64,000 nt of DNA from Mycobacterium sp. (GTDB lineage: Bacteria; Actinomycetota; Actinomycetes; Mycobacteriales; Mycobacteriaceae), in NCBI GenBank assembly GCA_035716165.1, contig DASTKA010000867.1, forward strand, positions 15,198 to 79,197, written 5' to 3'. A program made the position numbers and the translations under genes. Of the stretch, positions 1 through 8,962 are shown piece after piece. Numbering within the stretch: the stretch's first letter is position 1; each line of letters starts with the position of its first letter. A model generated the notes under the pieces. The model was not told the DNA's origin, made no database searches, and saw only the letters and a program-made list of their open reading frames with translations.

Positions 1-369
1 TCCGAAGCCGCGAAGTTGATTGTGGATCATGCACCGGCGGGAACGCCGGTGATCTTCGGCACGGCCACCGCGGGCTACGGCGGCACGGCCACCGCGGGCG
101 ACGGCGGCACGGCCACCGCGGGCGAGCGCGGCACGGCCACCGCGGGCTACGGCGGCACGGCCACCGCGGGCTACGGCGGCACGGCCACCGCGGGCTACGG
201 CGGCACGGCCACCGCGGGCTACGGCGGCACGGTCTCGATCGAATGGTACGACGCCAGCCGCGGTAGGTACCGTAAGGCGATCGCCGAAGTCGATGGCGAT
301 CTCATCAAGGCCGACGTCGCCTACGTTGTCGGAGAAGACGGCAAGCTCACACCGAAGGCGGCCCAATGA
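1..369 (+). CDS. 5'-truncated phage protein with ice-nucleation-like GTATAGYG octapeptide repeats
   Basis: Frame open from base 1; 7 tandem octapeptides; stop overlaps next ATG. Confidence 0.75.
   Translation, partial: SEAAKLIVDHAPAGTPVIFGTATAGYGGTATAGDGGTATAGERGTATAGYGGTATAGYGGTATAGYGGTATAGYGGTVSIEWYDASRGRYRKAIAEVDGDLIKADVAYVVGEDGKLTPKAAQ
58..231 (+). repeat. 24-bp tandem repeat (GGCACGGCCACCGCGGGCTACGGC), 7 copies plus a partial
   Basis: Directly visible in the sequence; encodes GTATAG(YG/DG/ER). Confidence 0.95.
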
Positions 370-629
370 CCACCGCCGCCCAGCAGTCCGATCTGCTCCT
401 CGCCACCGTCGAGATCGTCGGCCCTGACCCGCATGCCGTACTCGACGCTCTCGGTGAACTCGCCGAGCGGGTCGCCGCGCAGTGCAAGGATCCTGCGGCA
501 GCGCTGGCCGGCGTCATCGGCAAGCTGCAGCAGCACCGCCAGGGACACATCGCGGCTCGCGAGGCGGTGCCCGAATACGTCGCGGATCGGTATGCGGAGA
601 CGACGCACCCGATGCGGAGGATCCCATGA
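366..629 (+). CDS. Hypothetical protein
   Basis: ATGA overlaps at both ends. Confidence 0.7.
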   Translation: MTTAAQQSDLLLATVEIVGPDPHAVLDALGELAERVAAQCKDPAAALAGVIGKLQQHRQGHIAAREAVPEYVADRYAETTHPMRRIP

Positions 630-1012
630 GCAAGCTGCCACGCCTCGAACCACTAGGACGAATCGACTACTCGTCGTCGATCCCGCCGCTCGGCTACCAC
701 TGCGGAAAGTGCGGTGTCCACGGCGTGAAGCTGTGGCGAGAGTACAACACGTTCCTCGATCGCCAGTCGCTGTTGTGCTGTGACTGCGCCTGTGCTGAGC
801 AGTCGCAGGACGGGAAGCGGCGCTCCGTGCATCAGCTCGACGATGGACGCCCGCGCTGCACGACTATTGGTGATGCCTGGGGGACCGACCAGATCGGATG
901 GCGCATCCCTGCGGTGCCAACTGCCGATGGCGAAACCTACTGGGGCTACAGCTCAGTGCCGGACGATGGCTGTCAGTGGTTATACCGTCTTCCTCTGCGG
1001 AGGCTCCCGTGA
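626..1012 (+). CDS. Cys-rich (zinc-finger-like) hypothetical protein
   Basis: ATG 626 overlaps upstream stop; CGKC...CCDC motifs. Confidence 0.7.
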   Translation: MSKLPRLEPLGRIDYSSSIPPLGYHCGKCGVHGVKLWREYNTFLDRQSLLCCDCACAEQSQDGKRRSVHQLDDGRPRCTTIGDAWGTDQIGWRIPAVPTADGETYWGYSSVPDDGCQWLYRLPLRRLP

Positions 1013-1566
1013 GCGGTGTGTGTCGCATCATGCCGGTCGATCCGAAGGATCCAGGATGCCGTCTGCGTCTGCAGTACGACCCAGAGTTTGACAGCGGCAT
1101 CGCCATTCTGGCCTACGAGACCGTGGCTCCGGATCGGGTGCTCGACGCGGACGCGCCCGTAAGATCCGTGCACGGAAATTTCGATCCGCAGTCCCACGAG
1201 CTGGAGTGGCTCATCGACGCCGCCAGCGACGTGCTCGCTGTGATGTACCCGCACAAGGCGGACGAGGCCGACTTCGATCGCCGTCGCGGACTGGCTACGA
1301 GTCGGCTCAATGCGAGAGAGCACGTGCTTCGCGCCGCGCTGGCGTACGCCGGGAGCTCGAGCGACGAGAACCTGAAGGCGCTGCGATCGAGCGTCGAGGT
1401 GTTTCAGGCTGAGGCTCACGTGGAGACTGCCTACGCGGCGCAAACGAGTCGGCAGCTCTCACCGGAAGAGCGCGCCCAGCTGACTCAACTCCGAAAGGAG
1501 TACATCGCCGACGAGTACCCGCTCGCCTGCATCGCGCTCGACCGCCTGATCGGAGGTGCCCTGTGA
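1009..1566 (+). CDS. Hypothetical protein
   Basis: GTGA coupling at both ends. Confidence 0.7.
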   Translation: MSGVCRIMPVDPKDPGCRLRLQYDPEFDSGIAILAYETVAPDRVLDADAPVRSVHGNFDPQSHELEWLIDAASDVLAVMYPHKADEADFDRRRGLATSRLNAREHVLRAALAYAGSSSDENLKALRSSVEVFQAEAHVETAYAAQTSRQLSPEERAQLTQLRKEYIADEYPLACIALDRLIGGAL

Positions 1567-1886
1567 TCGCTGCCCTCGCGCTCGTCGTCCTGGCCGCACT
1601 CGTCGTGCTCGCGCTGATGCTGCCAGCGGCAGTCATCGTCGGTGCTGTACTGGTGGTGTTCGGCATCGTCAATCTCATCGGTGCCGGCATCTGGTATGCG
1701 GTCCGCCGGCGCCGCAGCTCGTATCTGATTCCGGTAGCGCGGCTCGCTGGGCCGGATCGCAAACTGGTTCTGCCACCCACGGCTCCGCTGCGCGTCGATG
1801 GTCGTAGCGGCGCGCGGATTCGTACGGCCAATGGCGATCAAGGACAGCCTGTCGTGGGTGGTGATTCGAAGGGAGGAGTCCTGTGA
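1563..1886 (+). CDS. Small membrane protein
   Basis: Long hydrophobic N-terminus followed by an Arg cluster; coupled ORF. Confidence 0.65.
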   Translation: MIAALALVVLAALVVLALMLPAAVIVGAVLVVFGIVNLIGAGIWYAVRRRRSSYLIPVARLAGPDRKLVLPPTAPLRVDGRSGARIRTANGDQGQPVVGGDSKGGVL

Positions 1887-2209
1887 GCAAGCAAGAGCAT
1901 CGAGTGTCCGTTGATAGCGGCAAGTACACGTTCGTGATTTCTGCCGACGACTACCGGGTCAACATTTTGCGCCATGGTCAGCCATGGATTTTCAATGCTG
2001 ATGGCGCAAACGCGCTGCATTCGATCATGTGCGAGCTCGACGCGGCGAGGGTGGTGGTCAAGGCGGCGCGTGAATGCATCGCGGCGTTCGGGATGCGTGG
2101 CTATCCGTCGGGTCTGGTCGATGCGCTGGAGCTGCACGATCGACTCGTCGACGACAGCCAGCCGCCGAGTGCGTGGTGTGGCGCCGAACACGCGGACCGC
2201 AAGCCATGA
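1883..2209 (+). CDS. Hypothetical protein
   Basis: GGAGGAG SD, GTGA overlap. Confidence 0.7.
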   Translation: MSKQEHRVSVDSGKYTFVISADDYRVNILRHGQPWIFNADGANALHSIMCELDAARVVVKAARECIAAFGMRGYPSGLVDALELHDRLVDDSQPPSAWCGAEHADRKP

Positions 2210-2661
2210 TCCGCACCCTCGCCACCGCTCTCCTCGTCGGCCTCGCCATCGCCGGGCTCCTCGCCGTTATCCGCGGAGACGCGCACCGCCTCGAGCGCTG
2301 GCCGTCGACGTACCTGGCGCGCGCCGACTCCGAGCCGCACGTCGTCGGTCCGTACCAGCCGTGCCGGCCGTCGGGCGCTGCTGTGCTGCGCGCCGATGCG
2401 CGGCAGATCCGCCGCGTCGAAGTCGTCCACGACACGCTGACGATCGACGCCACGGCGATCCCGGTGTCGTTCCGGACCTCGGCGCCGGCATGGGCGGCTG
2501 GCACCTGGATCGGCGCGCGCGTGTACCGCGACGACGGAGCGCAGTGGACGTACGTCGTGCAGCGGGATGCCGAGGAGTATGAGCTGGTGGTGCTCCGATC
2601 GGTGGCCGGCGCGGCGTGCACCGATGCGGTGGCGGTTGGGATGCGGAGGGTGGAGTCGTGA
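2206..2661 (+). CDS. Hypothetical exported/membrane-anchored protein
   Basis: ATGA overlap; hydrophobic N-terminus MIRTLATALLVGLAIAGLLAVI. Confidence 0.65.
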   Translation: MIRTLATALLVGLAIAGLLAVIRGDAHRLERWPSTYLARADSEPHVVGPYQPCRPSGAAVLRADARQIRRVEVVHDTLTIDATAIPVSFRTSAPAWAAGTWIGARVYRDDGAQWTYVVQRDAEEYELVVLRSVAGAACTDAVAVGMRRVES

Positions 2662-3863
2662 CGCAGCTATGGACGAACAGCCGGCTGCGAGTGCTGCGCA
2701 CCTGCGTGCGGATGCATCACCTCCGCTACGACCTGGGGATTCGTAGCCTGCCGACGGACGACACGTACTTCGGTGACCTCGGCCACCGGGCTCTCGAGGC
2801 GTACTACCGGACGTGGAAGGACGTGTGCGAGACGTGCGACGGATCCGGCGAGCGCCCATTCGCTGACACCGCGGATGGTTCTGCTCCTTCGTGTTCTGCA
2901 TGCGGCGGGATCTGTGAGTCTGCATCTCTCGACGACCGCCTCCCAGCCGCACTCGCCGTTGCCGACGAGCACCCGGACCCGTTCGAGCGCATCAAGCTTC
3001 GCCTGCTCGTCGTCGCGTACCACGAGCGCTGGGGCAGCGAGGACTGGGAGATCCTCGCCGTCGAACAGGAGTTCCGGTACCAGCTCGGAGACCACCTGAT
3101 GGGCGGCAAGATCGACGTGATCATCCGCAACCGCGCCGATGGCCGCGTCTACGTCGTGGAGCACAAGTTCACCGGGACTGCGACCGAACTCGGAGGCGCG
3201 TACTGGGAGCGCTTGACGCTCGACTCGCAGGTGAGTATCTACACCGATGGCGCGACGATGCTCGGCTACGAGATCGCCGGCTGCATCTACGACGTCATCA
3301 AGCGCCCTGGCCACCGGCAGCTGCTCGCGACTCCTACGGAGCGGCGCGAGTACACCAAGGGCAAGGGATGCAAGCGCTGCGGCGGATCCGCCGGCGGCAA
3401 GGCCGGCATCGTCAAGGGACGCGGCTTCTACACGGTGTCGATGGTCACTGTCGAGCAGGTCTCGTGCCCGGAGTGCGACGGTACCGGATGGAAATGCGAT
3501 GCCGACGGCGTACCGCAGGCGCCTCGCCTCCACGCAAACCAGCGCTCCGAGGACGAGACCGAGGAGCAGTTCGAGGAGCGACTGCTCGACATCGTCGCAG
3601 GCGATCCCGACGGCTGGCTGCAGCGATCCATCGTCGTCCGTCTCGAGGACGAACTCCCGGCGATGCGAACCGACGTCGTCGACACCATCGCGGTCGCCGA
3701 GCTGGCGGAGCGGCGTGGCTCCTACCCCAGAAACCCAGACGCTTGCGCGAAGTACGGCCGGATGTGCGAGCTGTTTGAGATCTGCGCTGGTCGCGCCAGC
3801 GCAGACGACACCAACCGTTTCCCGCGCGGCCGAGTTCATCCCGAGCTCGCCGACGCGACCTGA
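2658..3863 (+). CDS. PD-(D/E)XK (RecB/Cas4-like) phage exonuclease with CxxC zinc-finger insertions
   Basis: N-terminal SRL..C, GDLGHRALE, E-x-E, GKID...VVEHK, QVSIY and C-terminal C..YGRMC...C motifs; precedes AAA ATPase and SSB. Confidence 0.85.
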   Translation: MTQLWTNSRLRVLRTCVRMHHLRYDLGIRSLPTDDTYFGDLGHRALEAYYRTWKDVCETCDGSGERPFADTADGSAPSCSACGGICESASLDDRLPAALAVADEHPDPFERIKLRLLVVAYHERWGSEDWEILAVEQEFRYQLGDHLMGGKIDVIIRNRADGRVYVVEHKFTGTATELGGAYWERLTLDSQVSIYTDGATMLGYEIAGCIYDVIKRPGHRQLLATPTERREYTKGKGCKRCGGSAGGKAGIVKGRGFYTVSMVTVEQVSCPECDGTGWKCDADGVPQAPRLHANQRSEDETEEQFEERLLDIVAGDPDGWLQRSIVVRLEDELPAMRTDVVDTIAVAELAERRGSYPRNPDACAKYGRMCELFEICAGRASADDTNRFPRGRVHPELADAT

Positions 3864-3886
3864 TGCCCGAGAGAGGGGCAAGCAAC

Positions 3887-4984
3887 ATGGCGAATCCAGC
3901 ACCCACACCAAGACCTGCGCCGCCCGCGGCGCCCGCACCGCGCCCGGCAGGCGTGAAGCCGCCAGCAGCGAAGCCGTCTCGACTCGGCCTCGCCAAGCGT
4001 GAGCAGCTTCAAGTCCCGCTGTTCTACCTCTGGTACGGACCCGAGGGGATTGGCAAGACCTCGCTGCTGGCCGATATGCCGAGCCCGATTGTTCTCGACA
4101 TCGAGGGCGGATCGGCTCGGCTCGAGATCGCTCGATATCAGTTCCGCGACAGCGAAGGCGGCCATGTCGCGTCGTCCTACGACGAGATCTTGGCTGCGGT
4201 GGACGATCTGGTGGCCAACCCCGGTCATGGGTTTCGCACCGTTGGGATCGACACGGCGGACGCACTCGAGGCGATGCTGCACGCCTATATCTGCAGGCGC
4301 GACGGCGAGAAGAACATCGAGGGCTACGGGTTCGCCAAAGGCTACAAGGTAGCGCTCGCTGAGCTGCGCGTCCTGATCCACCGGCTGAACGTCCTGCGCT
4401 ACCGCGACGGGATGAACGTCGCCTTCCTGGCGCACGCCAAGGCCAAGACGTTCAAGAACCCGGAGGGGCCGGACTACGATCGCTGGAGCATCGTCGGTGA
4501 CGATCTGTTCACCGCGGAACTCCGCGCGCGCTGCGATGTCGTCGGATTTCTCCATGCCGAGAGCGGTGGGGCGAAGCTGCCCGGCGAGGAGAAGTCGAAG
4601 ACGGCTCGCGCGCGCGGCTATGACACCGGCCGGCGGCTTATCGAGCTGTCGCGCACCGCCGCGTGGGACGCGAAGACGCGACTGGCGGTTCCGGCGCAGA
4701 TCGAACTCGCCCGTGAACACCCGTTTTCCCCGTTCTCTGACGCCAAGGTGGTGTCAGAGGCGGTGTCATCCGACGCGCTCGCCGCTGATATCGCGGCAGA
4801 GATCGCGCGCATCACCGGAGCCGACGGAGACATCGATTTCACCACTGCGGCCGGCAGCAAGACGTCCCGGTCTGCCATCGCCAAGATCGTCGCTACCGGA
4901 GATACGAACGTGATGTCACGCGTGCTCTCCGGACTGCGTGCCACCGAGCCTACCGCAACCACCCAGACCCAGGATCAGGAGTAG
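3887..4984 (+). CDS. Sak4-like AAA ATPase (phage recombination/annealing protein)
   Basis: Walker A YGPEGIGKT, LDIEGG, Walker B-like VGIDTAD, AWDAKTR; exonuclease-ATPase-SSB context. Confidence 0.85.
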   Translation: MANPAPTPRPAPPAAPAPRPAGVKPPAAKPSRLGLAKREQLQVPLFYLWYGPEGIGKTSLLADMPSPIVLDIEGGSARLEIARYQFRDSEGGHVASSYDEILAAVDDLVANPGHGFRTVGIDTADALEAMLHAYICRRDGEKNIEGYGFAKGYKVALAELRVLIHRLNVLRYRDGMNVAFLAHAKAKTFKNPEGPDYDRWSIVGDDLFTAELRARCDVVGFLHAESGGAKLPGEEKSKTARARGYDTGRRLIELSRTAAWDAKTRLAVPAQIELAREHPFSPFSDAKVVSEAVSSDALAADIAAEIARITGADGDIDFTTAAGSKTSRSAIAKIVATGDTNVMSRVLSGLRATEPTATTQTQDQE

Positions 4985-4987
4985 ACG

Positions 4988-5638
4988 ATGCTTCCTCTCG
5001 TCAAGGCAAACTATCGCGCACGCGCAACCGACACGCCGATTTCATTCGGCACGGCAAAGACCGGAAACATGCAGGTGTCAGTCGAGTTTGCAATCGAGGA
5101 TCACCCAGAGTTCAGCGGATACACGCTCAACTGGATCGGGACGTTTTCCGACCATTCGTCGGAGCGGACGGTTGAGTCTCTGCAGATCGCTGGATGGCAG
5201 GGTGACGATGTGGCCGAGCTCGCCGGTGTTCCGGCGAGCAGCGTGCTCGCCGATCAGGTGTCGCTGGATTGTGATGTCGACTCGTACACCGACGGAGAGG
5301 GCAACACCAGGGAGAATCTACGCGTCCAGTGGGTGAATCGTCTCGGAGGTCGCTTTCAGTTCAAGCAGGAGGCTGATCCGGCAGCGTTGCGTGCTCTGGG
5401 GGCTCGGCTGCGAAGCACGGCGCAGTCACTTCGCGCCGGTGGCGGTCAGCGGGGGGCGAGGCAGGCGGGCGCTCCATCACGTCAGACTACACAGCGCAGC
5501 GGCGGATCGTCCGGCGGGGGCTACGGCGGATCACGCCACCCGAATGCGCCGGGCGGTCCAGACGACGACATCCCGTTTGCGTCGTCGCTGATCGAGCACG
5601 AGCCTAACCCGATCGCGGCGGTGCTGCGCCGCAGCTAA
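4988..5638 (+). CDS. Single-stranded DNA-binding protein-like (DUF669-type)
   Basis: AKTGN motif, Gly-rich linker, DDDIPF acidic tail; follows Sak4-like gene. Confidence 0.75.
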   Translation: MLPLVKANYRARATDTPISFGTAKTGNMQVSVEFAIEDHPEFSGYTLNWIGTFSDHSSERTVESLQIAGWQGDDVAELAGVPASSVLADQVSLDCDVDSYTDGEGNTRENLRVQWVNRLGGRFQFKQEADPAALRALGARLRSTAQSLRAGGGQRGARQAGAPSRQTTQRSGGSSGGGYGGSRHPNAPGGPDDDIPFASSLIEHEPNPIAAVLRRS

Positions 5639-5726
5639 GCCTTGGATGCCGCGCCTCCGGGCGCGGCGCAGGCCGCGTGGCGGCAACGCGCCAAGAAAAA
5701 CCGCCCGCCGCAATTCCGCGGCGTCT

Positions 5727-5800
5727 GTCTCGCTAGCTCAGCAGCAGAGCACCGCGATCCCTGTGCGCGGAGACCCGAGGTGCGAATCCCGGGCGAGACG
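5727..5800 (+). tRNA. Degenerate tRNA-like element (9-nt anticodon loop, bulged T-stem)
   Basis: Acceptor GTCTCGC/GCGAGAC, T8-A9, D-stem GCTC/GAGC, stem CCGCG/CGCGG, T-loop TGCGAAT; no D-loop GG and no encoded CCA. Confidence 0.55.
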
Positions 5801-5844
5801 CGAAGCCTGCCCCAGACTGCAGGCGAGGAAAGTAGGAGGACAGA

Positions 5845-6390
5845 GTGAATAATATTGCCAACATGCTGGTTACTGTAGCGGTCATACTCTTCGGTGGACA
5901 TGCGAAAGCGCAGTCGTCGAGCAATGCCTCTCATGCCGACGAGGCCTATCTCGCATCTCTGATGCAGTCGAACCCGCCGCCCCAGCCTGCTGCGATGTCA
6001 TTCCCGCCTGTGACTACTGAATCGTCTGTCTGTTTTCAGCAGACGTGCTTCCGTCAGCAGATTGGGGCTTTGACCGACGGGGGAGGCACTTGGTACTATT
6101 TTACTGACAACGACTACCAAGCAGCACAAGTTTGTCTAACTGAGTGCGGCGATGCAGGATTTTGTCCGCAGATGTCCGACTCTGACTGGACTACGAATTG
6201 GCATGCAACAGTTGCGTATTGTCTTGGCTGTGGACCCGGCCAATTGTGTCTACCCGACGATGACGGCGACAGGGGTGTCACAAGCTACTGTGAGGCAACT
6301 ACCATGGTGGCGCTGTCTGAGATTCAGTGCTTTACCAACGACGCGGGCGGTGGACCGCACGGCGACCCCACCAACGGCGGAGACAAGTAG
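5845..6390 (+). CDS. Secreted Cys-rich protein (moron-like)
   Basis: AGGAGG SD, signal peptide ending AHA-like (GHAKA), many Cys, visibly more AT-rich than neighbours. Confidence 0.7.
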   Translation: MNNIANMLVTVAVILFGGHAKAQSSSNASHADEAYLASLMQSNPPPQPAAMSFPPVTTESSVCFQQTCFRQQIGALTDGGGTWYYFTDNDYQAAQVCLTECGDAGFCPQMSDSDWTTNWHATVAYCLGCGPGQLCLPDDDGDRGVTSYCEATTMVALSEIQCFTNDAGGGPHGDPTNGGDK

Positions 6391-6454
6391 CTGACTCCTG
6401 GTCCCCGTCGATCGTCGGCGGGTGCCGTGGGTAGAGCTACGACTAGAGAGGAGA

Positions 6455-6643
6455 ATGAAGATGCCAGATTCAGAGATGTCGCAACGCGCCCAACAGCTGC
6501 AGCGCTCGATCGCGATCACGATGCAGCTCCTGGTCGAGCACGACAAGGTGTCGCCGGCCGAGGTCGATGCGATTGTCGCGCGGCTGATTCAGCACGTGCG
6601 TAGCTGGCGTCCGCAGTTGCTGTTGATGGGAGGTGTGCTGTGA
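6455..6643 (+). CDS. Hypothetical protein
   Basis: GAGGAG SD; stop overlaps next start. Confidence 0.55.
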   Translation: MKMPDSEMSQRAQQLQRSIAITMQLLVEHDKVSPAEVDAIVARLIQHVRSWRPQLLLMGGVL

Positions 6644-6930
6644 AGGTGGTGGTGCAGCTAGTGCGAGAGGACACCGATCCTATGCGCGCTGGTCTCCGAC
6701 TCATCATCGATGGCGCAGTCGTCGACACCGGAGAGTTCGGTGGCGAGCCTGAGGACAACGGCGAATGCCGTGACTACAAGTGGGTCAAGGAGATGCTCAT
6801 GCTGCTCGCGAAGCGTCTCGGTGCCGAGGCCACACTTGAGGTCGTCGAAGTAAAAAGTGACGACCGTGGGTATCGCAGCATTGCCTACTATGAGGCCATG
6901 GCCGCCCCGTACACGGGTGGCGCCCCGTGA
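6640..6930 (+). CDS. Hypothetical protein
   Basis: GGAGG SD, GTGA overlaps. Confidence 0.7.
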   Translation: MKVVVQLVREDTDPMRAGLRLIIDGAVVDTGEFGGEPEDNGECRDYKWVKEMLMLLAKRLGAEATLEVVEVKSDDRGYRSIAYYEAMAAPYTGGAP

Positions 6931-7343
6931 CCGGCTGGTGGACGTTCTGGCTCCTCGCTGCTGGATTCCTCGCCTGCGTGACGTGCGTGTGGCTGCTCTG
7001 GCGCTCCGAGCGCGAGATCCGGACTACACGTGGCCAACTCGCGAATGCGCACACTACGATCGAGCAACAGCGTCACTGCCTAGACGACAACCGCAGGACG
7101 ATCAACCAGCAGGCGACGCGCAACGCTGGGCTCCGCCGCGAGCTCGACGCCTCGCGGGTCGCGCTGGACAACGCGCTCGATGAGAACGCGCGGCTCGCCA
7201 CGCCGCGGCCGGCAGAGCCTCCGGTGACCACGAACCTGAAAGACGCGACACGCAAGCGCCGCCGCGAGTTGCGTAGCTACCGCGACGCACTCGAGGAGCT
7301 GTACGCGACTGGACGGCTGAACGTCCGAGGAGGACAGGCATGA
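6927..7343 (+). CDS. Membrane-anchored coiled-coil protein
   Basis: N-terminal TM, helical charged body, coupled ORF. Confidence 0.65.
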   Translation: MTGWWTFWLLAAGFLACVTCVWLLWRSEREIRTTRGQLANAHTTIEQQRHCLDDNRRTINQQATRNAGLRRELDASRVALDNALDENARLATPRPAEPPVTTNLKDATRKRRRELRSYRDALEELYATGRLNVRGGQA

Positions 7344-7816
7344 GCGAGACAGAGACCTCAGCGGAGATCATGGCGCAGCTGAGCGCCGACTTGGACCGGG
7401 CGCACGAGACCGCGGCGGCGGTGATCGCTGAGCGGGATCGGCTGCGGGTAAGGGTGGCCGATTTGGAGCGCCGGAACGCTCTGGCCACTACGTCAATGCG
7501 CGCATTGAAGAAGCTCATCGGTGCGCCGCACACGCAACCGCTGACCGAGGATCAGCGTGCCCCACTCGCCGGCCGAAGACTCCACTGGTGTCACTGGTCG
7601 CAGCAGCCCGATATCGGGCTGTCTTGTGGTCGCATGACCGTCCCCGCATGGGGGCAACTCGAACCTTCGGCGCCCGGCGTGTACGTCGAGGACGAAGGCG
7701 ACCTCTACACGTTCGAGCACGCTGACCTCGTCAACTGCGACGGGTGCCGAGAGTACCTGGCTCGGCGCGCCGAGTGCTGCGCCACCGGCAAGGCGGCGAA
7801 CGGAGCCACCCCATGA
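7340..7816 (+). CDS. Hypothetical protein
   Basis: GGAGG SD, ATGA overlaps. Confidence 0.7.
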   Translation: MSETETSAEIMAQLSADLDRAHETAAAVIAERDRLRVRVADLERRNALATTSMRALKKLIGAPHTQPLTEDQRAPLAGRRLHWCHWSQQPDIGLSCGRMTVPAWGQLEPSAPGVYVEDEGDLYTFEHADLVNCDGCREYLARRAECCATGKAANGATP

Positions 7817-8196
7817 GCAAGTCCGCATCCGCCGCCGCTCGCCGCGTGGCCTGCCCGGCGTGCGGCGTTCCAGAGCTCGCGCTATGCGTCGAGCCGTGGG
7901 GCGCCGAGCGCACGCGATCGCACCCTGAGCGTATCGCATCCGCCCGTGCCGTGCCCGATCTGACGCCACCGCAGCTCCTCGCGCTACGCAAGCTCCACGC
8001 TGATCCGACGCGTCACATCGAACCCGGTACACGCCTGTCGCTGCTTCGCAAGCAGCTCATCGCGCCGTGCGAGGCGCCGGGTCCGATGCCGCAGCACAGA
8101 CGTGGACCGCGGCCGAAGCGGAACCACCCGCTGACCGAGGCCGGACGGAAGGCGATCGGACTGCCAGCGGACGAGCAGATCGCGAGGACAGCATGA
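7813..8196 (+). CDS. Zinc-finger-like hypothetical protein
   Basis: VACPACG...C...SHPER motif; ATGA overlap. Confidence 0.65.
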   Translation: MSKSASAAARRVACPACGVPELALCVEPWGAERTRSHPERIASARAVPDLTPPQLLALRKLHADPTRHIEPGTRLSLLRKQLIAPCEAPGPMPQHRRGPRPKRNHPLTEAGRKAIGLPADEQIARTA

Positions 8197-8288
8197 CCGC
8201 ACCTCTGTCCTCATCGCCAGGCAGCGCAACGCGCGCCTAGGCTGGGCAATCCTCTGCTTGGCACTCCTCTCCAAACCAAGGTATTGTC

Positions 8289-8450
8289 ATGATGCAGACA
8301 AATGACTTTCACACTACCCTGTTGTGGATCCGGTCTCTCGAGATCGCTCAGGCGCCGCGCGCCGACCGCGCAGAGCTCGGATTCGTCGCTGCTTCGGCCG
8401 GCGAGATCGACCAACTGTTCACCCGTTACCGCAGCCCGTGGAGGGCATGA
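8289..8450 (+). CDS. Small hypothetical protein (53 aa, not in ORF track)
   Basis: Follows TTGGCA-N18-TATTGT; stop overlaps ATG 8447. Confidence 0.45.
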   Translation: MMQTNDFHTTLLWIRSLEIAQAPRADRAELGFVAASAGEIDQLFTRYRSPWRA

Positions 8451-8641
8451 AGATGATCACGACGACCGAGATCTATGGTCTCGACAAGACGAGCGAGGAG
8501 CGTGCGGCTGCCGTCGAGCAGGCCGCGAACAGGTTTTTCTGTGTCCTGGAGCTCGTCGCGACCGTCCGGCGGTGGCGCGATCAACAGGCCACAGACGGAG
8601 AAGTGATCACCGCGCTTGAGCGAGTGGAGCAGGCGCCATGA
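8447..8641 (+). CDS. Hypothetical protein
   Basis: GGAGG SD, ATGA overlap. Confidence 0.6.
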   Translation: MKMITTTEIYGLDKTSEERAAAVEQAANRFFCVLELVATVRRWRDQQATDGEVITALERVEQAP

Positions 8642-8673
8642 CCGACGAACTGGCCGCTCTAGGATGATTGCCA

Positions 8674-8702
8674 TTGACCACTACATCGCGACTGTTTACC
8701 GT
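8674..8702 (+). promoter_or_regulatory. Sigma70-like promoter TTGACC-N17-TACCGT
   Basis: Near-consensus -35/-10 with 17-nt spacer in an intergenic gap, 5 nt before GTG 8708. Confidence 0.65.
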
Positions 8703-8707
8703 TCTCA

Positions 8708-8962
8708 GTGGAAAGCGTGAGTATGGCGAAGAAGAAGCAACCAAAGCCGCAGTACGTGATCAAATGGCCACTCGATCCGGTCAGCTACTTCAAGCAGATG
8801 ACCAAGATCGGCCCCGCGTTCGGCGCGACGCTGGACGATGCCAGGAAGTTCGACAGCGAACGGGAGGCTGGCGAGGCCTATGCTCGGTTCCGGGCCGGAG
8901 CCGTCGTTGCTGAGATCTGCCTGGAGTCCGACGAGCGCACGGCGCAGGAGCGTGGGCTGTGA
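8708..8962 (+). CDS. Hypothetical protein
   Basis: Immediately after promoter; stop overlaps next GTG; alternative ATG at 8723. Confidence 0.65.
   Translation: MESVSMAKKKQPKPQYVIKWPLDPVSYFKQMTKIGPAFGATLDDARKFDSEREAGEAYARFRAGAVVAEICLESDERTAQERGL

Noticed and set aside
58-231. Tandem 24-bp repeats as a CRISPR array
   Set aside because: No unique spacers, and the repeats are in-frame coding units; the Cas4-like nuclease nearby belongs to a recombination trio.
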